From positions 66,464,001 through 66,528,000 of the forward strand of contig OX597832.1 of NCBI GenBank assembly GCA_951406725.2: a stretch of 64,000 bases of DNA, given 5' to 3'. Positions 39,292-53,521 of this stretch are shown piece by piece. The stretch's first letter is position 1. Each line of letters starts with the position of its first letter. The stretch comes from Octopus vulgaris. Lineage: Eukaryota. The notes beneath the pieces were generated by a model. The model made no database searches and was not told the DNA's origin. It saw only the letters and a list, made by a program, of their open reading frames with translations. The translations under genes and the position numbers were made by a program.

Positions 39292-41877
39292 ATATATATT
39301 TTTACATAGAGTCAACAGATGAGGTCCAAGGATGCTCAATATATAAATCTTTTGATTTGAAAATACACTGAAGTCCCCATCGGAGATTCAATCCGCGGAG
39401 TTCAGACTAGCTATGAGAGCAATCCAGATAACGTAATATGGAGAGAGCAATTGAGATAAATACACTTGGCTCGATATATAAAATATAGATACATATACAC
39501 ATGTAAATATATACAGAAGGGAAATAATGAACACTCATGTATAAGTGTATAGATATTTGTATATTTACAAAATATATAAATTTACACGGAGTATAAAAAA
39601 TATGGGTTCTACAGTTAAATTCTCTAGAACCATGATGTAAACTGCTATCTTGTCAATCATTGCAACTTGATGAAGGAGGCAAGTATTACGGTAAAGCTTA
39701 TATACATCCTTTACTGGTTGCGTATTCTTGAAATTTTGCTCACTTCTACCAATTAGGAACATTATAACTATTCCGTAGTTCCGAGTTCCACTTAAATAGC
39801 CGTCAGATTTTAAAATACCGTGATTTTTCATGTTTGGTTTTGCGTATGTTTCATACTCTAAGGTAAATTAACTTTGGAAATATATAAATATATGTCTACT
39901 TCTACACTGTATTCCTTTTCTGAATATCTCCAGTTTTTGTGTATCTCTATATATTTCCCTAATCATATTTACTTGTCTATATATGTATCTATATTTTATT
40001 TATGAAGCCCAAGTGTATTTATATGCATCAATATCTCTCTCTTTCACTGTTTAATATATACAATATGTATATATACACATATACCTATCTAGGTGTATAC
40101 TTACGAATATATGTGCGTAAAATGTGTGTGTGTCTGAGTGTAAATGTGTGTATATAGTAACAACCTAACTGTTAGGCACATTGCTCTTTAAAAATCACCC
40201 TCACCCTACGTATTCAAAGTTAAAGATTACACCGAAAACTATTGTATTTCAAGAACTGTAGTCTTTTATCAACGCTTTTGTTCAACAATGTATTGGCTTC
40301 TGTCACCCATCATTATCACTCTCACGGAAATGTTTAACGGCATCAGGTTCAAACTTTATAGTCCATATCAGCTTGAAAAGATGACATTTTCAATTCAATT
40401 TGCGTTTGGTAAGCGGTACCTTTCACTGGTTATTTCCAAACTTATAGACAACAGCATTTCCTTTCGATGAAATTCCCTGTTGTCAAATCGTAATTAAATT
40501 CACGTACGTACTCAGAGATAAGCACTTTGTTTCAAACCTGGTGAATGTCATTTGGTTTATAGCTTAACAGGTCGATTTTGACGCGACCAACTCACTGATA
40601 TTCTAGAATGCCTACAGTGAGTTACATTAACACTAACATTTCTTTCTGTGTTGCTAAATTCTTGAAGTCCCTCTAATAAATGACATTCTACTCTTATATT
40701 TTATTTAGTTGCAAAAAAAAAAAAAGAAAAAGAAAAATATTTCGTGTGTCTTTTTTCCTTTTGAAAGAACTATTCATCAATTTACAAATTTAGTTTTATA
40801 TTTTGTTCTTCTTTTAGTGTTTTCCAAATTTTTATTTACTTTTTTTCAAATTCTCTATGAGTAATTTCTCAACTTAAGAATGGAATCTTGTCATGAACAA
40901 ACATTCCGTCACCTCACAATATGGAGTTACCGACATCTTACACTTAATTTAGAATATAGCTATAATTGCATTTTAGCTTGTTCTTTCTTCCATTCACTCA
41001 ACTTCTCAATCGCTCTGTTTTTCTCAATTTCTTTCTCTCTCTTTCTCTCTCCTTGTCTATTTTCGTGCTCTTCGTTCAGTTATCAATTGTCTACTTCCTC
41101 TCTGAGTTTGGTTATTCACTTTCTACTTTATATTCTTTGTGAAAGCCTGTTAAGAACGAGGCTGATTAAATTGTAATACAAAATAAACTGACAATAAATG
41201 CCACTTCTTCAATTGTATCGCCTAATGGTATTTACCATAACGGTTTTTTCCTACCTAATGTGTGTTTTCTGTTGTATAAATTTTCATATAATTTTAACTT
41301 GGAATACAACGAAGGAAAGGGAAAATATGGTCAATTCATCGATTACACGATAAAAGTGTATAGTTAAACTGCATAAGACTGTCTGTCAACTGAAAATGCT
41401 GCTGCATCAACACGAAGTAAATGTAATCTTTAAATATTCTGTAAAGTGTATGTAAATGCTATTTCACATTCAAATCGCTTTCCAGGTTAAGTATTAGTAT
41501 ACAATTTTAGGGTTACAGTGTTGTAAGTAGCGTTGATAATATGACTTCTTGAATAAGAAGTTTGTTTACTTTACATTGATTTTTCACATCTTTCTGTATT
41601 TCTCGTGCTGTATACTCTATAGATCTGCTAATTCAATGCATCTACATCCTAAGACGCCCGAGTAGTAACCCTCACGCGTATTGGCTAAGGAATATTACAC
41701 CTACGACTATATATTATGCTATACATCCTTCCCATCTTAAATATGTTTTACGTCAAAGAAAAGTGACTGCTATATCTAGTAAGCCTCTTAAACATGTAGT
41801 AAATTCACTCCACAGATTCATTGATATTAGTCATATACTGTCCTAAAGATTTCTTTCAGTAATATGTGTTGTCCTTG

Positions 41878-43218
41878 GTACTGTTCCCGTATCTCTCTGT
41901 GTTTATGTGTTTACCCACGTTGCTGCCATCGTGGTTGTTGTTGTTGTTATGGTCATCGTATTCAACACTGTTGTTGTTGTCGTTGTTAATTGTATCGTTC
42001 ATACTATTGTGACTGTCTGTGAAGTTACTGCATGTGTGTTTGTTTGTGTATATGGGTTCAGCATACACAGCGAACAATATGTCTTAGAATTTTCTCCTCT
42101 TCCTCTAATACATATCATTAGCTATGGCAATACTATCCTCTCATCATTGCATAATTTCAATCCTTTTTAGTGAATTAAATTTACTGATAGTAACTGAATT
42201 AAATATGTTGAAAATAAGACAATAACATTTGATGCTGATGTTTTCTCTTAGTAATGAATCTGAGTGATTTGGCTTTCACCATTATTAAACACTGACGTAG
42301 ATTAATTTATAGTGAAATAAATGCTCACCATAAAAAAACAAGCCACAACAACATATTTATGACGCTATAAATAGCTTCAGGATTTTTTAACTTATAACCA
42401 ATGAATTAATTTCTATTCTATTATTGGAAAAACTAGATACTTCAAAGGTCATGAGACATACTCGGAGTGGTCAAATCAATTGCGTTTCAAATTTCAACCA
42501 ACAAACTTCGAGTGCGACATATCGAAGACAAGACTCTGTGCTGACGGTATTTTTACAACTCTGTGCAGTGCCATACTACACTGGTTTACATCTAAGTATA
42601 AAGAAGTGATATGAGGAATAACACACACAAACACACACGCATACACACATATTGTTGTATTTCAGGATGCTCATATTTTTAGTTTTGTGGTGGTGGTGGT
42701 GGTGGTGGGGGGAGAAATAAACACACGCACTATATATTGGTTCTTCACTCGATTATACTAACTCGTGTACCTTTTCCGGAAATCGTTCGTCACACCTCTT
42801 CATCCACACATTCAGTCTCCGTGTGTGATCTTGCTCCACTTATTTCATTCTGTTCTTCTATGTGGTGCATCTTGATATGGTCAAGCATTTCTGTCTCTGT
42901 GTGTTTGTGTGTGCATACATGTGTACGTGTGTGCGTTTGTGTGTGCGTGTGTGAATGTGTAATTGTTATTAGTAGTACGATGATATTGCCGGCAGTCCAC
43001 TCCCCCCCTTGTTGCCTCTGCTGCTGTCCTAGGACCCGAAATGTGGTACATTTCCTGTATCTCTCTGTGATTGTGTGTTCATCCACGCTGCTGCCATCGT
43101 GGTTGTTGTTGCTGTTGTTGTTGCAATTGCCATCGTAGTCATCACCGCTTTTGTCGGTGGTAGTCGTACTGTTGATGCTATTGTAACTGTCTGTGAAGTT
43201 GCTATATGTGTGTTTGTA
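41878..43218 (+). repeat. Dispersed direct duplication of about 170 bp (41878-42045 and 43045-43218)
   Basis: Both copies read gta..ttcc.gtatctctctgtg.tt.tgtgtt...ccacg.tgctgccatcgtggttgttgttg...tattgt.actgtctgtgaagtt.ct..atgtgtgtttgt. Confidence 0.8.
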
Positions 43219-43674
43219 TCCGTTCTCATTATATAGATTTTATATATTTATTTATATATTATCTATCTCTATTTGTTATACTAATCACAGATATGTAATG
43301 ATTATATTTATTTATATGTAATCTATCTATATATTTCTTATATTTATTACAGGAATGTGCATATATGTCTATTGTGTATCTTTTCATTATTCTTTATTTT
43401 GTTTTTGTTTTTTCCACTCTCTTCTCCTCTCTTCTGTCTGTAGTCGTCAAGTTGTGTGGTGTGGTGGCAGATGTTATTGTTCCATTCGTGTTTTCTGTTG
43501 AGGCTCGGCCTGATTATTGCTATGCGTGCAGCTTCTGTGATCTGTCGAAGTGTCGCAAGAGTCCTATGAGTCGATAATACCTTAACCTATATTCTATTAA
43601 TCGAGCCTCTATATTCTGCTTCAGCGTGTTTTGTTTCTGAAAATGCTTTTAGAAGAACATTCAGTAAGACTAAT

Positions 43675-44076
43675 CTACGTATTAAAGTAATAGAGAGTGC
43701 TGGTGTCCCTATAAAATCTCTGATCTACAGTACTTATATACTTTGGTAACTCCCCATGTACAGAGAACAATTGTACTGAATGTTGGATGAACCCAAGGGT
43801 TAAGTTTAAGGTTAGTAATATAGTATATAGCTTGTGATGTACTGAGGGACGGTGCAAAAGCGTAACAACTATTTACATTGGTGAAACTGCACGCAACATA
43901 ATGGTGCGTATAGGTGACACTGGTGTTGAACTCAAAGAAGAGAAAGCTTCGCCGCCAGTGCTCTACCAACAATGTTTCAATAAATAAATCTGTATATAAA
44001 AGCCACAGATGTCTAACGAATAAGAAGAGTAATAAATAAGTGAAGAACAAATATACAGTGTCTGTATTTCGACACA
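43675..44076 (+). mobile_element. Possible solo-LTR-like remnant
   Basis: TATATAAAAG at about 43993, AATAAA at about 44031, and a ...TTCGACA(CA) end in LTR U3-R-U5 order. No TSD, and the 5' end is undefined. Confidence 0.3.
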
Positions 44077-44135
44077 CGATTTCACATCAGGAACCTTGCA
44101 ATACAGATATCTCTCTCTCTCTCTCTCTCTCTCTC

Positions 44136-44208
<73 letters not shown>

Positions 44209-44251
44209 GATACATATATTATATATATCACTGTCACACACACACAAATAC

Positions 44252-44324
<73 letters not shown>

Positions 44325-45240
44325 CTGTCTTCTACATAAATTCCTTATATGGAGCTATGACATCCCCTTTACCCTACTTCTATAATTAGAAAAATCTTTA
44401 TTTTCTCTTTTCATTTGTTCTTCCCTCTCAGAACATTACAGTAGTCTGGAAGAACTGAATCTTAGTCAGTCAGTTGATGGGCTCCACTACCTCAAATGTT
44501 CTTAAAATTTAAATCCACATCTTTGTCTATGTATCTACCTTCTCTATAATGTTGCCACTTGATACGAAGATTTTTGCATTAATGGAAAACCTCTATAATT
44601 GGCTGATGAGTGCTCAGCGTTTTAAAACTGTTGTAATACTTACAACATTTAATAAAATGATGTAGTAGGAAACGATCATACCAAATTACCGGAGTCATTC
44701 TTGTGGCTTATTTTGATTATGATCACCCCGCGGAATTTTATGGATAACACCATACAGAATTCTGGTGCATCTAAATTAAGTACCATATTCATTTGAATCT
44801 AAATTTTTGCTGAACTTATATATATATATATGGCTAATGAAAGACAGAAGATGGAATATACGAGAATTTATTATTGTTTCGACACATGTAGCATCGATTC
44901 CTCGTTCGTGGGACACTCAACAACTGGTTCGGGAGCAACCGGGCGGTACAATTGTATCTCATCGAGTGACTCGTTGAAATAACTCTTCCGCAATGTAACT
45001 TCCACTTTTATACAAATAAAAGCAGCCAGACGGAGGGCATATCTTCATTTGTATAGAAGATGAAAAATAAAATTGCAGATCTTAAAAAGAGACACGAACA
45101 TGCAATCCAGCGAGAAAAGTATTTAAATATAGATAAATAAATAGATCGAGAGAAAGATAGATAGAAAGATCGGCATAGATAGATAGACAGACAGACAGAC
45201 ATACAGACAGACAGACAGAAAGACAAACAGACAGACAGAC

Positions 45241-45306
<66 letters not shown>

Positions 45307-45432
45307 ATAGTGTGGTGTATCTGTTTAAATTTGTTGCTGATATTGACCAAAATTCTATTCTTAAGAGGCTTTTCCTTGTTGAGTCACTTTCAGAAAATGC
45401 GACGTTGTCAGTGACAAACTGAAAAAGAAAGT

Positions 45433-45530
<98 letters not shown>

Positions 45531-46628
45531 CGGGAACGAGAACATGGGATAGAGGTAGATATAATTCCTCATCTCTTAAATATAGTACTGTAATATATAT
45601 ATAGCTTCTTTAACCATATAATCTACCTCCCTATCCACTCAACTTGATCCCTCTTATACACAATATTTACCTGTGGAATCGATCCCCTGGAAATACTTCG
45701 TAGTCAAAGTTTGAATCAATTTGAGTAGTACCAAGTGTCTTCTAGATTTTGAATTTCTGGATCTCATCTATGGAAATATATATATATATATATATAAACA
45801 CACACACGTATATATTTGTATATATATATTTGTGTGTATATGTTTGCATATATATATATATATATATATATATTAGATATAGAGATATATATGTATATGT
45901 ATACACACACACGCCTATCTATCTAGATAGGTGTATTTAACGTGGCCTCACTTTGCCAAAACAGTCAAATACAATACAACACGATCATTAAGAAAACGCA
46001 CGCAAAGTAATTTTCATCTGGAATATTTGTCTCAATTTCATAATAATAGTTAATGGGAAATTTTATATTAATTTAATTTAGAAGAGATGGATGAAGAGAA
46101 GGAAACAGGTTTCAGCGTACTATTCGTTCAGCAATGACACCCACTTGAGAAACACGTTAAGATTTTAAATAAACAGCACGGGAATTTCTTTTAAAATATT
46201 AGATTATTTCTGTCGGAAGGAAATATTATTCTGTTTTCATAGAAATAACCAATTAAGAGATAACATGCTTTTACGATTTCCAAGCTAAATTAGAATTCGC
46301 TGTGTTGTGATACTTGTTCTCTTGTTATATATTTCTTGATAGCACTTAAGACGACGCTTGGGAAGTGAAGCCACACGTTGTGTAACTGCGTTTTCTATAA
46401 TACAGAACACGAAATGGAATTAATATAATCCAACGCAAATTACCAGACGAATATCATAAACAAATGAACGTATAATTTCTCGAGTAACAGCAAAGTACGA
46501 TTCGCGTATGATTTGCTTTTGGTTCAACTTTATGTACGGAAATTTAGGCAAAGGTTGTGACGATGGATCATGTCAAATACTTCATTCGCAAGAAACAATA
46601 ACTTACCAGATGGATTGCTCTTGTAAAG

Positions 46629-46947
46629 TGTTGTAGGGAAGTAGTAATAATGGTACACCACCCCCACATGACGAGTGGGGTTGGTGTACCAGTCACAGTA
46701 AGATCATGTCGGCCAGTATCGAGAGTATGTAGAGTACGAGAGTACGTGTAGACTGTGTTGATAGTCGTGTCTGTGCTGATAGTAATTATACGGTGATACT
46801 GAGTGGATGTCATAAAGACACAACCTTTTGAGAAAAATAACACTGTACGACTGTCGTACAGTGCCAGATAGAAACATTCTATCGATGACTTCGGACTATA
46901 ACAATATCTGTCAGTGCGACAACCGTCGTACACATACAGATACAACA
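46629..46947 (+). repeat. 5' LTR of a Gypsy (Mag-like) retrotransposon, 319 bp
   Basis: Termini TGTTGTA...TACAACA form a perfect 7-bp inverted repeat, immediately followed by a PBS-like GTGGC and then gag. Confidence 0.75.
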
Positions 46948-48310
46948 GTGGCAAAAGACCACCTTATAGTAGTATTGACGCGGATAAGCCAGTTCACATG
47001 GAATCAATAGACCCTGAAGAGGAGTTAATAATCTCACGAAGTTAGTGTATAAATATTACGAAAAAACGCAAAACTACGGAAAATTTGTTGGCAGGTTTGT
47101 TCAAGTTGCAATGACAAAAACAGCAGCTGAAAGAACAACAGCAGGTACAACTCCAAGAACAATAACACAAGCAGCAACAACAACAACAAGTGCTGCAATT
47201 ACCGAAATCATCACGAAAGCCAGAAAAACTGCTATCGCCAGACTATGTCATGAATTCAATAACTGAAATCAAATACGAACCTGACGAAGCAATCTTCGAG
47301 AAAAAATATAAAGATTGGGACGACGAGATGAAAAACACGTTTAATCTTGAGTAAACTGGCGCCAGGAGAAGATGAACAAGACAGTAATTTTTCACTCTTA
47401 AGAAAACCGTCCTACTTCAATGACACAATAGATATATTGTGAGAAAAGTTCATTATTCAGCATACGGTGGGAGTGTCTGAACATAGAGGAAAATAGTAAT
47501 TACGACTACATCACATATACTGATAGAGTAAACACGGATTGCGAGAAGTTTAAGCTAGATAAATTAAATCCAAATAGGTTCGGATGCCTGATTTTTGCAT
47601 AGGGTCTAACTGCCGAAAAGATGTCAGAAGTAGAATTCTTGCAAAGCTGGAGAAAATCTAGGATGTAACCCTGCAAAATGTGTCTGAAAGTTGTAAAAGA
47701 TTATTCCAATTATGACGCAATAGAGAGGAAATTGAATGTAAAGATTGTTTTCAAGTAAAACAAGGGCGGAATAGTCTGATCAGAGGAAAAGCGTTTTCTA
47801 AAAAACATACAAAAAGAAAGACATCAGGCTATAATACCATGTTTTGCATATGGTGGCATGTACCTAAAGAAAAGTTGGTCCCTTAAAAAGTGAAGTGTTT
47901 TTGCTGTGGAAATATAGGGCATATAGATATCGCCCCGCAGGACGATCATAAAATGTCAGATAAATGAGAGAAAAGTAAATAGTCTGTCATGGAAAAAAAG
48001 TTAATATAATTAAGAGAAAATTCGTAAATGTGAAAATGAAAAATACAGGTGTAACATTGAAGTTTGGCACAGGTAGCGACATGACTATTATAGACGAAAA
48101 AATGTGGAATCATCGTAAAGCCGAAATTAATGAAATCTAAAAATATAGCACAAGGTGCTACGGGAAAAACTTATGTAACGCAACATTTCAAGGTCAAACG
48201 AAAAAGGCTAAGATATATGTATTAAAACATTCACTTAATTTATTTGGCAGAGAGTGACTACAACTATTTAATTTATGGGAAACACTTATAAATGTTTTAT
48301 GTAGAAATAT
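46629..48310 (+). mobile_element. Truncated Gypsy/Mag-like LTR retrotransposon: LTR, gag and aspartic protease pseudogene
   Basis: Q-rich N-terminus, then VMNSITEIKYEPDE..WDDEMK.TRLILSKL...SSLFSIRWECLNI...RVNTDCEKFKLDKLNPNRFGCLIF. Zinc knuckle CFCCGNIGH; protease KRKFVNVKM..LKFGTGSDMTIIDEKMW (DTG mutated to GTG) and NLFGRE*L. RT and IN are absent. Confidence 0.85.
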
Positions 48311-48312
48311 AG

Positions 48313-48734
48313 TGACACCGCTAGAAAAAACTAACGCTTTTTTTCTAGCAGTGTCATATGAAATTGTCACCCATATTTATGACCCTAGAATCAATCAATT
48401 GCATTTCAATCTATTTTAGATTTAAGGTTAGTTAGGGTTAGGGGAAGGGTATTTTAATTTATTCACAAATGTAAATAAACCCAATGTGTTTCTTAAACGA
48501 GGGACATATTCATACGGCACAGAATGCTTTTTAACCCAATAGACGCCAGTGATTGGTTGAAATTGCCGAAATGCAAGAAATTAAAGACCAAATATCTTAC
48601 AAACTATAGAATTTTCTCAATAAAGCCAAGAGAAAAGGATGTTTTATAAACTCATTCTACCAGTATACGAAGTTTAAAATTTTTTAGTTAACTAGAAATT
48701 ATGTTAAAAACTGCCGCTCAAACCGAAAAAATCC
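48313..48734 (+). mobile_element. MITE-like element with internal (TTAGGG)-like motifs; left end rearranged into an 18-bp inverted repeat
   Basis: Right end AAAAACTGCCGCTCAAACCGAAAAAATCC. The left end has TGACACCGCTAGAAAAAA (48313-48330) and TTTTTTCTAGCAGTGTCA (48339-48356). Family recognition is from memory of octopus repeats. Confidence 0.45.
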
Positions 48735-49439
48735 TATCTTTTTACCATATTGTTCAGCTCTCATTGAATGTGAGTATTGCATTGACGCGTCAGTGTTTGT
48801 CACCATTCGCCAAATTTCCAAGTGATTGAAATCTACAGGCTCCGAGGAAAAGCTTGTTTAGTTAGAGAATAGACTTATATATATATATATATATTACCAT
48901 TATCATTTCACGAAACTCATTACTTCAGTAAGCGGTCAAGTATTGTGTGGTCAATGCTGTACAGCTTTGTTGAAATCTTGGCAAATGTGCCATGTAACCT
49001 TTCCATTTGCCATGAGCTCGAAAATGATCTGACGATGATAAGTGCGCAAAAAGGTTAATAAGTGAACAGCCAATACCTTATTAATCCGTTGTAGAGTGCA
49101 AATAGGTTTGCACTTATTCGTGAATCTTTCATATCAGTTTTACTCTCCACATGCATAAACGGGGTTATGAAAAGAATCACGAACTAGTTTACGTGTTCCT
49201 TCAATAACAAATAACGCAAACATAGCTATCGATACAAAATGCGCATAAATGTAGGTTTCACTGTGTGTCTAAGGCGTTCATTTCGCAACCACGCTGTCCA
49301 GGTTTCAGACTCACGGTACAGTGTCTTCGGAATATGATTTGTCCTATAAACGCGAACCGAATATTACCTTCCGAGGGAATTTAGTAAATGGAAATTTTAT
49401 CAACACATCATACTTACATATATACATGGACATACATGC

Positions 49440-49645
<206 letters not shown>

Positions 49646-50170
49646 CGGTGTGTGGGAGTGAGGTACGTATGTGCTTTATTTTAATTCATTTCTTACACCA
49701 TTTTAGCAATTCATAAGAACAGGCTGTTACAAAGATTATGCACGAAAACTGTAAAGAAAAGAAGAATCTGGTGCAATATTCTATGAGATTATAGGCATCT
49801 AAACTCGGTTTAAATACAGCAAATATTTTGAATAGGAAAATTAATCAAAGGATGCTGGAGTTTAGAAGTAGCCAGACCAATTTATCTCCAAGAACCCTAG
49901 AATTATAATTCTGATGATAATTCTGAATACGGTATTCTATAAGAATTTCATACCACTGTGCATTAACATAAATCATGTCGTGAATATTATAGTAATATTC
50001 CCGCCACTCTTTTATAGAGAATAACATTAATAATGTATGTCAAATAGACGCATACAATTTTAGTGCTTTCATTTATGGCTTGCGTAATCTGTAACAGAAT
50101 ACATATGACATGTTTCAATAGGTTTGCATATGTATCCACATGAAATATACATACAACACTTTATATACAG

Positions 50171-50587
50171 CTGGAGGAAATGTCCTCCTGGGACTAAAAA
50201 CAATACTAGCATCAGCCTCCTATGGGACCGCCACATTGAACTGGCAAATATACTTCACGATTCCGTGCTGCTACTGTTTACTTCTCGATCAGAGAGTTAA
50301 TATTCCTTGTTTTTTCCTCTTACAAGATCAGCGACAGATTATCAAAAGAAACAGCATGTAGTATTTTGTGTTGGTGATTATCACACACTGATGACGGGTT
50401 AATATGCAGAAATCCGTGTCTGTGTGTATCACGTAAGGCTAGAGATAGGAACGATGGTTTCTCTTCGCAACTACTAATCAGACACACAGTATGTCGTTAG
50501 CCTAGTGGTAAAGATGTCCTCCTGGGGCTAAAAACAACAGAAGCATCGTCCTCTATTGGAACGCTACATTTAGTTGACAAATACACT

Positions 50588-50590
<3 letters not shown>
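50171..50590 (+). mobile_element. Terminally redundant non-coding HHR element (retrozyme-like), copy 2
   Basis: ATGTCCTCCTGGG..CTAAAAACAA..AGCATC..CCTC.TAT.GGA.CGC.ACATT repeats at 50180 and 50514 (period 334). It has an internal HHR, and its 3' end abuts (TA)n. Confidence 0.8.
50382..50426 (+). ncRNA. Type I hammerhead ribozyme, canonical core
   Basis: cacaca-CUGAUGA-cggguuaauaugca-GAAA-uccgug-UC-ugugug. The triplet is GUC (cleavage after 50420); stems II and III are partly decayed. Confidence 0.7.
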
Positions 50591-50636
<46 letters not shown>

Positions 50637-50744
50637 ATATGTGTGTGTGTATGTATGTATTTATACGTATATATGCAAATATATATATGTGTATGTATAT
50701 GTGTATATGTATATATATATATGTATATATATAAATACTCTTTT

Positions 50745-51097
50745 AGATGTTTCAGCCATGTCGTATTGACATGCTGGGGCACCAACATAGCCTTTCTGAC
50801 TTCCTCTGTCTCGGTGTTTCACATCAACACCCCTGCATGTGCATTTATCCTAGCTGTTGGTATAGTTTCGTGTATAAGGGAGTTTTATTCCACTGCCCTC
50901 GTCTGTACTTCTTGTCAGGCTGTTGGTTTTTCTAGTATTGTGGACAGAAGGATGTCTAGATCCTTTTTGATGGTATTTACTTCTACCTTATGCGAATTCC
51001 TTAATTTTTGTGGCAGGGCACTGAAGAGCTGTGGGCGTTTGTAACCTAGTTTATTGCAGTACCTGGTCCTTAATTTAGATGGAGTGGGTGGTACCGT
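50745..51097 (-). mobile_element. CR1/L2-like LINE 3' end (ORF2 C-terminus plus 3' UTR)
   Basis: Minus translation: SKLRTRYCNKLGYKRPQLFSALPQKLRNSHKVEVNTIKKDLDILLSTILEKP..RAVE*NSLIH. The tail is GGTGCCCCAGCATG...GCTGAAAC. Confidence 0.75.
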
Positions 51098-51223
51098 TGG
51101 TTATAGATAGATAACCACTATACGTATATATTTCTGTGTTTGAATCCGCTCTGTATTACTTAATGCTTCGTGGTTAACGACGGATTCATAACCTGTGCAC
51201 GCACACATGCATTTACAATCATT

Positions 51224-51270
<47 letters not shown>

Positions 51271-51950
51271 TTTATTGTCCAGCTGAAAATAAAGCAAGTG
51301 ATTATAATCTCGTATACGCATTTTCAAAAATCCATGGTGCTTAACAGAAATCCAGCCAAGCACATTCGCTGGCAGTGAATAGCTAATTCCAATACCAAAT
51401 GAATTCTAACAGTTTTCTGCAATGATGATATCGGAAACGTGAAAATCCACACTGTAAAATATTATCAGAAATCATGATTTATTGTCGTTAGAGATTATGA
51501 GATTAAAACTTATTGTTATTTTTACTACCCTGTAGTGAGCCCGCACCATATTGTTGATTTTTTTTTCCAAAACACAAAGTTAACACAATTTCTTGATCTT
51601 AAGCTCATCTTAAAATATAAGAGGTTTATAAAACAGTAAACAATACTCTAGATTCTTGTCCTGTTATTTGGTGTTTTATCTCGGAGAAAACTAGGGAATA
51701 TTTAATATTACGGTTAAAATTTGCTTTATACATCCCGTTATATCTTGCGTGCTAAGTGATTCATTTACTATGTACATTTACTAGGTGTTGGACAGTATAT
51801 ATAATTATGAGGCATGAATTATCCAATTCTCTGATTAATATTTGGTGTTGCTTAACAAAAAAAAAACGGAAAAATGATTCCAACATATTTCTAAATCTTA
51901 ATACATGTAGACAAAATTACATATCCATTTAATTGGAATATATATATATA

Positions 51951-51978
51951 TCTGTATATATATAAAACTGAGAATGTG

Positions 51979-52009
<31 letters not shown>

Positions 52010-52837
52010 GTGTTTCCCTAAAACTTGAGAACTACACAATCAATTTCATTCAAATTTTACACATGCCTTACTTAGGGTCCGTGGAGTGTCATCGGCAACA
52101 GAATTTTGAACTTTTTGCCTAGGGCGAGCCCAAAGCAATATCATATCTTCTCCACTACGATTCCCTAAAACTTGAGAACTACGCAACCAATTTCATTCAA
52201 ATTTTACACATGTCTTACTTAAAGTTCATGTAGTTTCATGAGCAAAAAAAATGTTCAATTTCTTGCCTAGAGCGAGCCCATAGCAATATCATATCTTCTC
52301 CACTATTTCAGTATTACGTGTTAAAAGTGAAACAAAAATATTTCTCTATTTTATGTCAGATGATTTCACTTTAACAATGAAAATAATAATAACAATTGAA
52401 TTATATGTAGTAAGTAATAATTGAAATCAAACTAAAGTATAATATAATCGTAACATACAAAAGTAAATATAGCAAATGGTATAAAATTGCATCAATGATT
52501 TGAACTTGAATAAGTGGTTTCACAAGAATGGGAATAAATTAAAGATAAAATTAGCGTGCAGAAATGGAATAGTCCAGATGGATACTAAAAAATTAAATTA
52601 AAGAAAATACTATTGTCTATAAAGTATACAATGTAGAGAAAAAAGAAGAGCTAACAATTCCAGTCTGCTATATATTTGAGTATTGTTATCACTAGCGATA
52701 TCAAGATATAACTCTGTATTTTGCATTTTATGTGTAGATGTATATATATAGATGTACATGTAATATGCACACATATATATACACATATATACATGCACTA
52801 GCACTATGAACTGGCAACGACGGGTCTTTAATGCTAG
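51951..52837 (+). mobile_element. Non-autonomous Helitron
   Basis: 5' TC follows an A, with a subterminal (TGTC)n. The imperfect GC-rich 3' hairpin CTGGCAACGACGG precedes a terminal CTAG followed by T. There is an internal 147-bp tandem duplication (52014-52160 and 52161-52305). Confidence 0.75.
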
Positions 52838-52965
52838 TATATATATATAGTAGTACTAACAGAAAATAGGAATTTAGGTTGTCCCCACGTGGTGAATTGT
52901 AATGTATATAAGAAATTAAAAAAGGAAAATACGCACACTTACATGGTTATAATATAATTTTTTAA

Positions 52966-53002
52966 TATATCGACCGGTTTCGCAATCGCTATTCATGATA
53001 TA
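52966..53002 (-). ncRNA. Minimal type I hammerhead, A3:U8 variant
   Basis: uauauc-AUGAAUA-gc gauu gc-GAA-ACCGGU-C-gauaua. Stem I is 6 bp, stem II is 2 bp, stem III is palindromic, and the triplet is GUC. Confidence 0.7.
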
Positions 53003-53078
53003 ATGTTTAATTTATATGAATATATATTTTTTCTTAAGAAGAAATTTGGTCCATGTTGTTTGTAATGAAATTCACGAG

Positions 53079-53520
53079 TGCACATTTTTCTATATGTTCA
53101 CTAAGAGGAATTTGTCTGTATTGCGGGAAACGGATTTGCTCCTTATGCAGAGTGATTCTCTTCCTCAAAGTTAAACTCGTTTGTCCAATGTACTGATGAC
53201 TGCAACCCGACCAGGTTATTACATAAATTAGGTTCTCAGAGGCACAGGTGAAGCTAGTTTTAATTGTGAATCTCTGTTCTTGTTTGAAAAGGAAATCCGA
53301 GCCTTTAAGCAGGTTGGGGCAGATTCCACAGTTTTGGCGTCCACATTTTTCAACCGGTGGTTTCGCGGTTGTTTTGTAAAGCTTCGCATTTGTTAGTAGT
53401 CTCTGGCGATATGTCTTTTTTTTTGCATTTGATGAGTTTGTGTGTTTTCAGGATGTCGTTCATTTTTGGATCTCTAGTTAGTAAAGGGAGAGTTTGCACA
53501 ATAGTGTTGAATGCCTCACT
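53079..53520 (-). pseudogene. PLE thumb/linker and GIY-YIG endonuclease N-terminal half (not in the ORF track)
   Basis: SEAFNTIVQTLPLLTRDPKMNDILKTHKLIKCK../RLLTNAKL..PPVEKCGRQNCGICPNL..FTIKTSFTCASENLIYVITWSGCSHQYIGQTSLTLRKRITLHKEQIRFPQYRQIPLSEHIEKCA. Confidence 0.9.
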
Positions 53521-53521
53521 G

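Noticed and set aside
43543-44074. TGTCGAA...TTCGACA as exact LTR termini
   Set aside because: There is no target-site duplication, and the left motif fits equally well within a decayed HHR-like repeat. Kept only as a low-confidence LTR-like remnant.
44600-44640. CTGATGA followed by AAAAC..GTA
   Set aside because: Stem I does not pair and G12 is absent. Similar unconvincing traces at about 39375-39410, 47014-47045 and 56578-56612 were also dropped.
48424-48445. TTAGGG-like motifs as interstitial telomere
   Set aside because: Only two or three imperfect units, located inside a MITE-like repeat.
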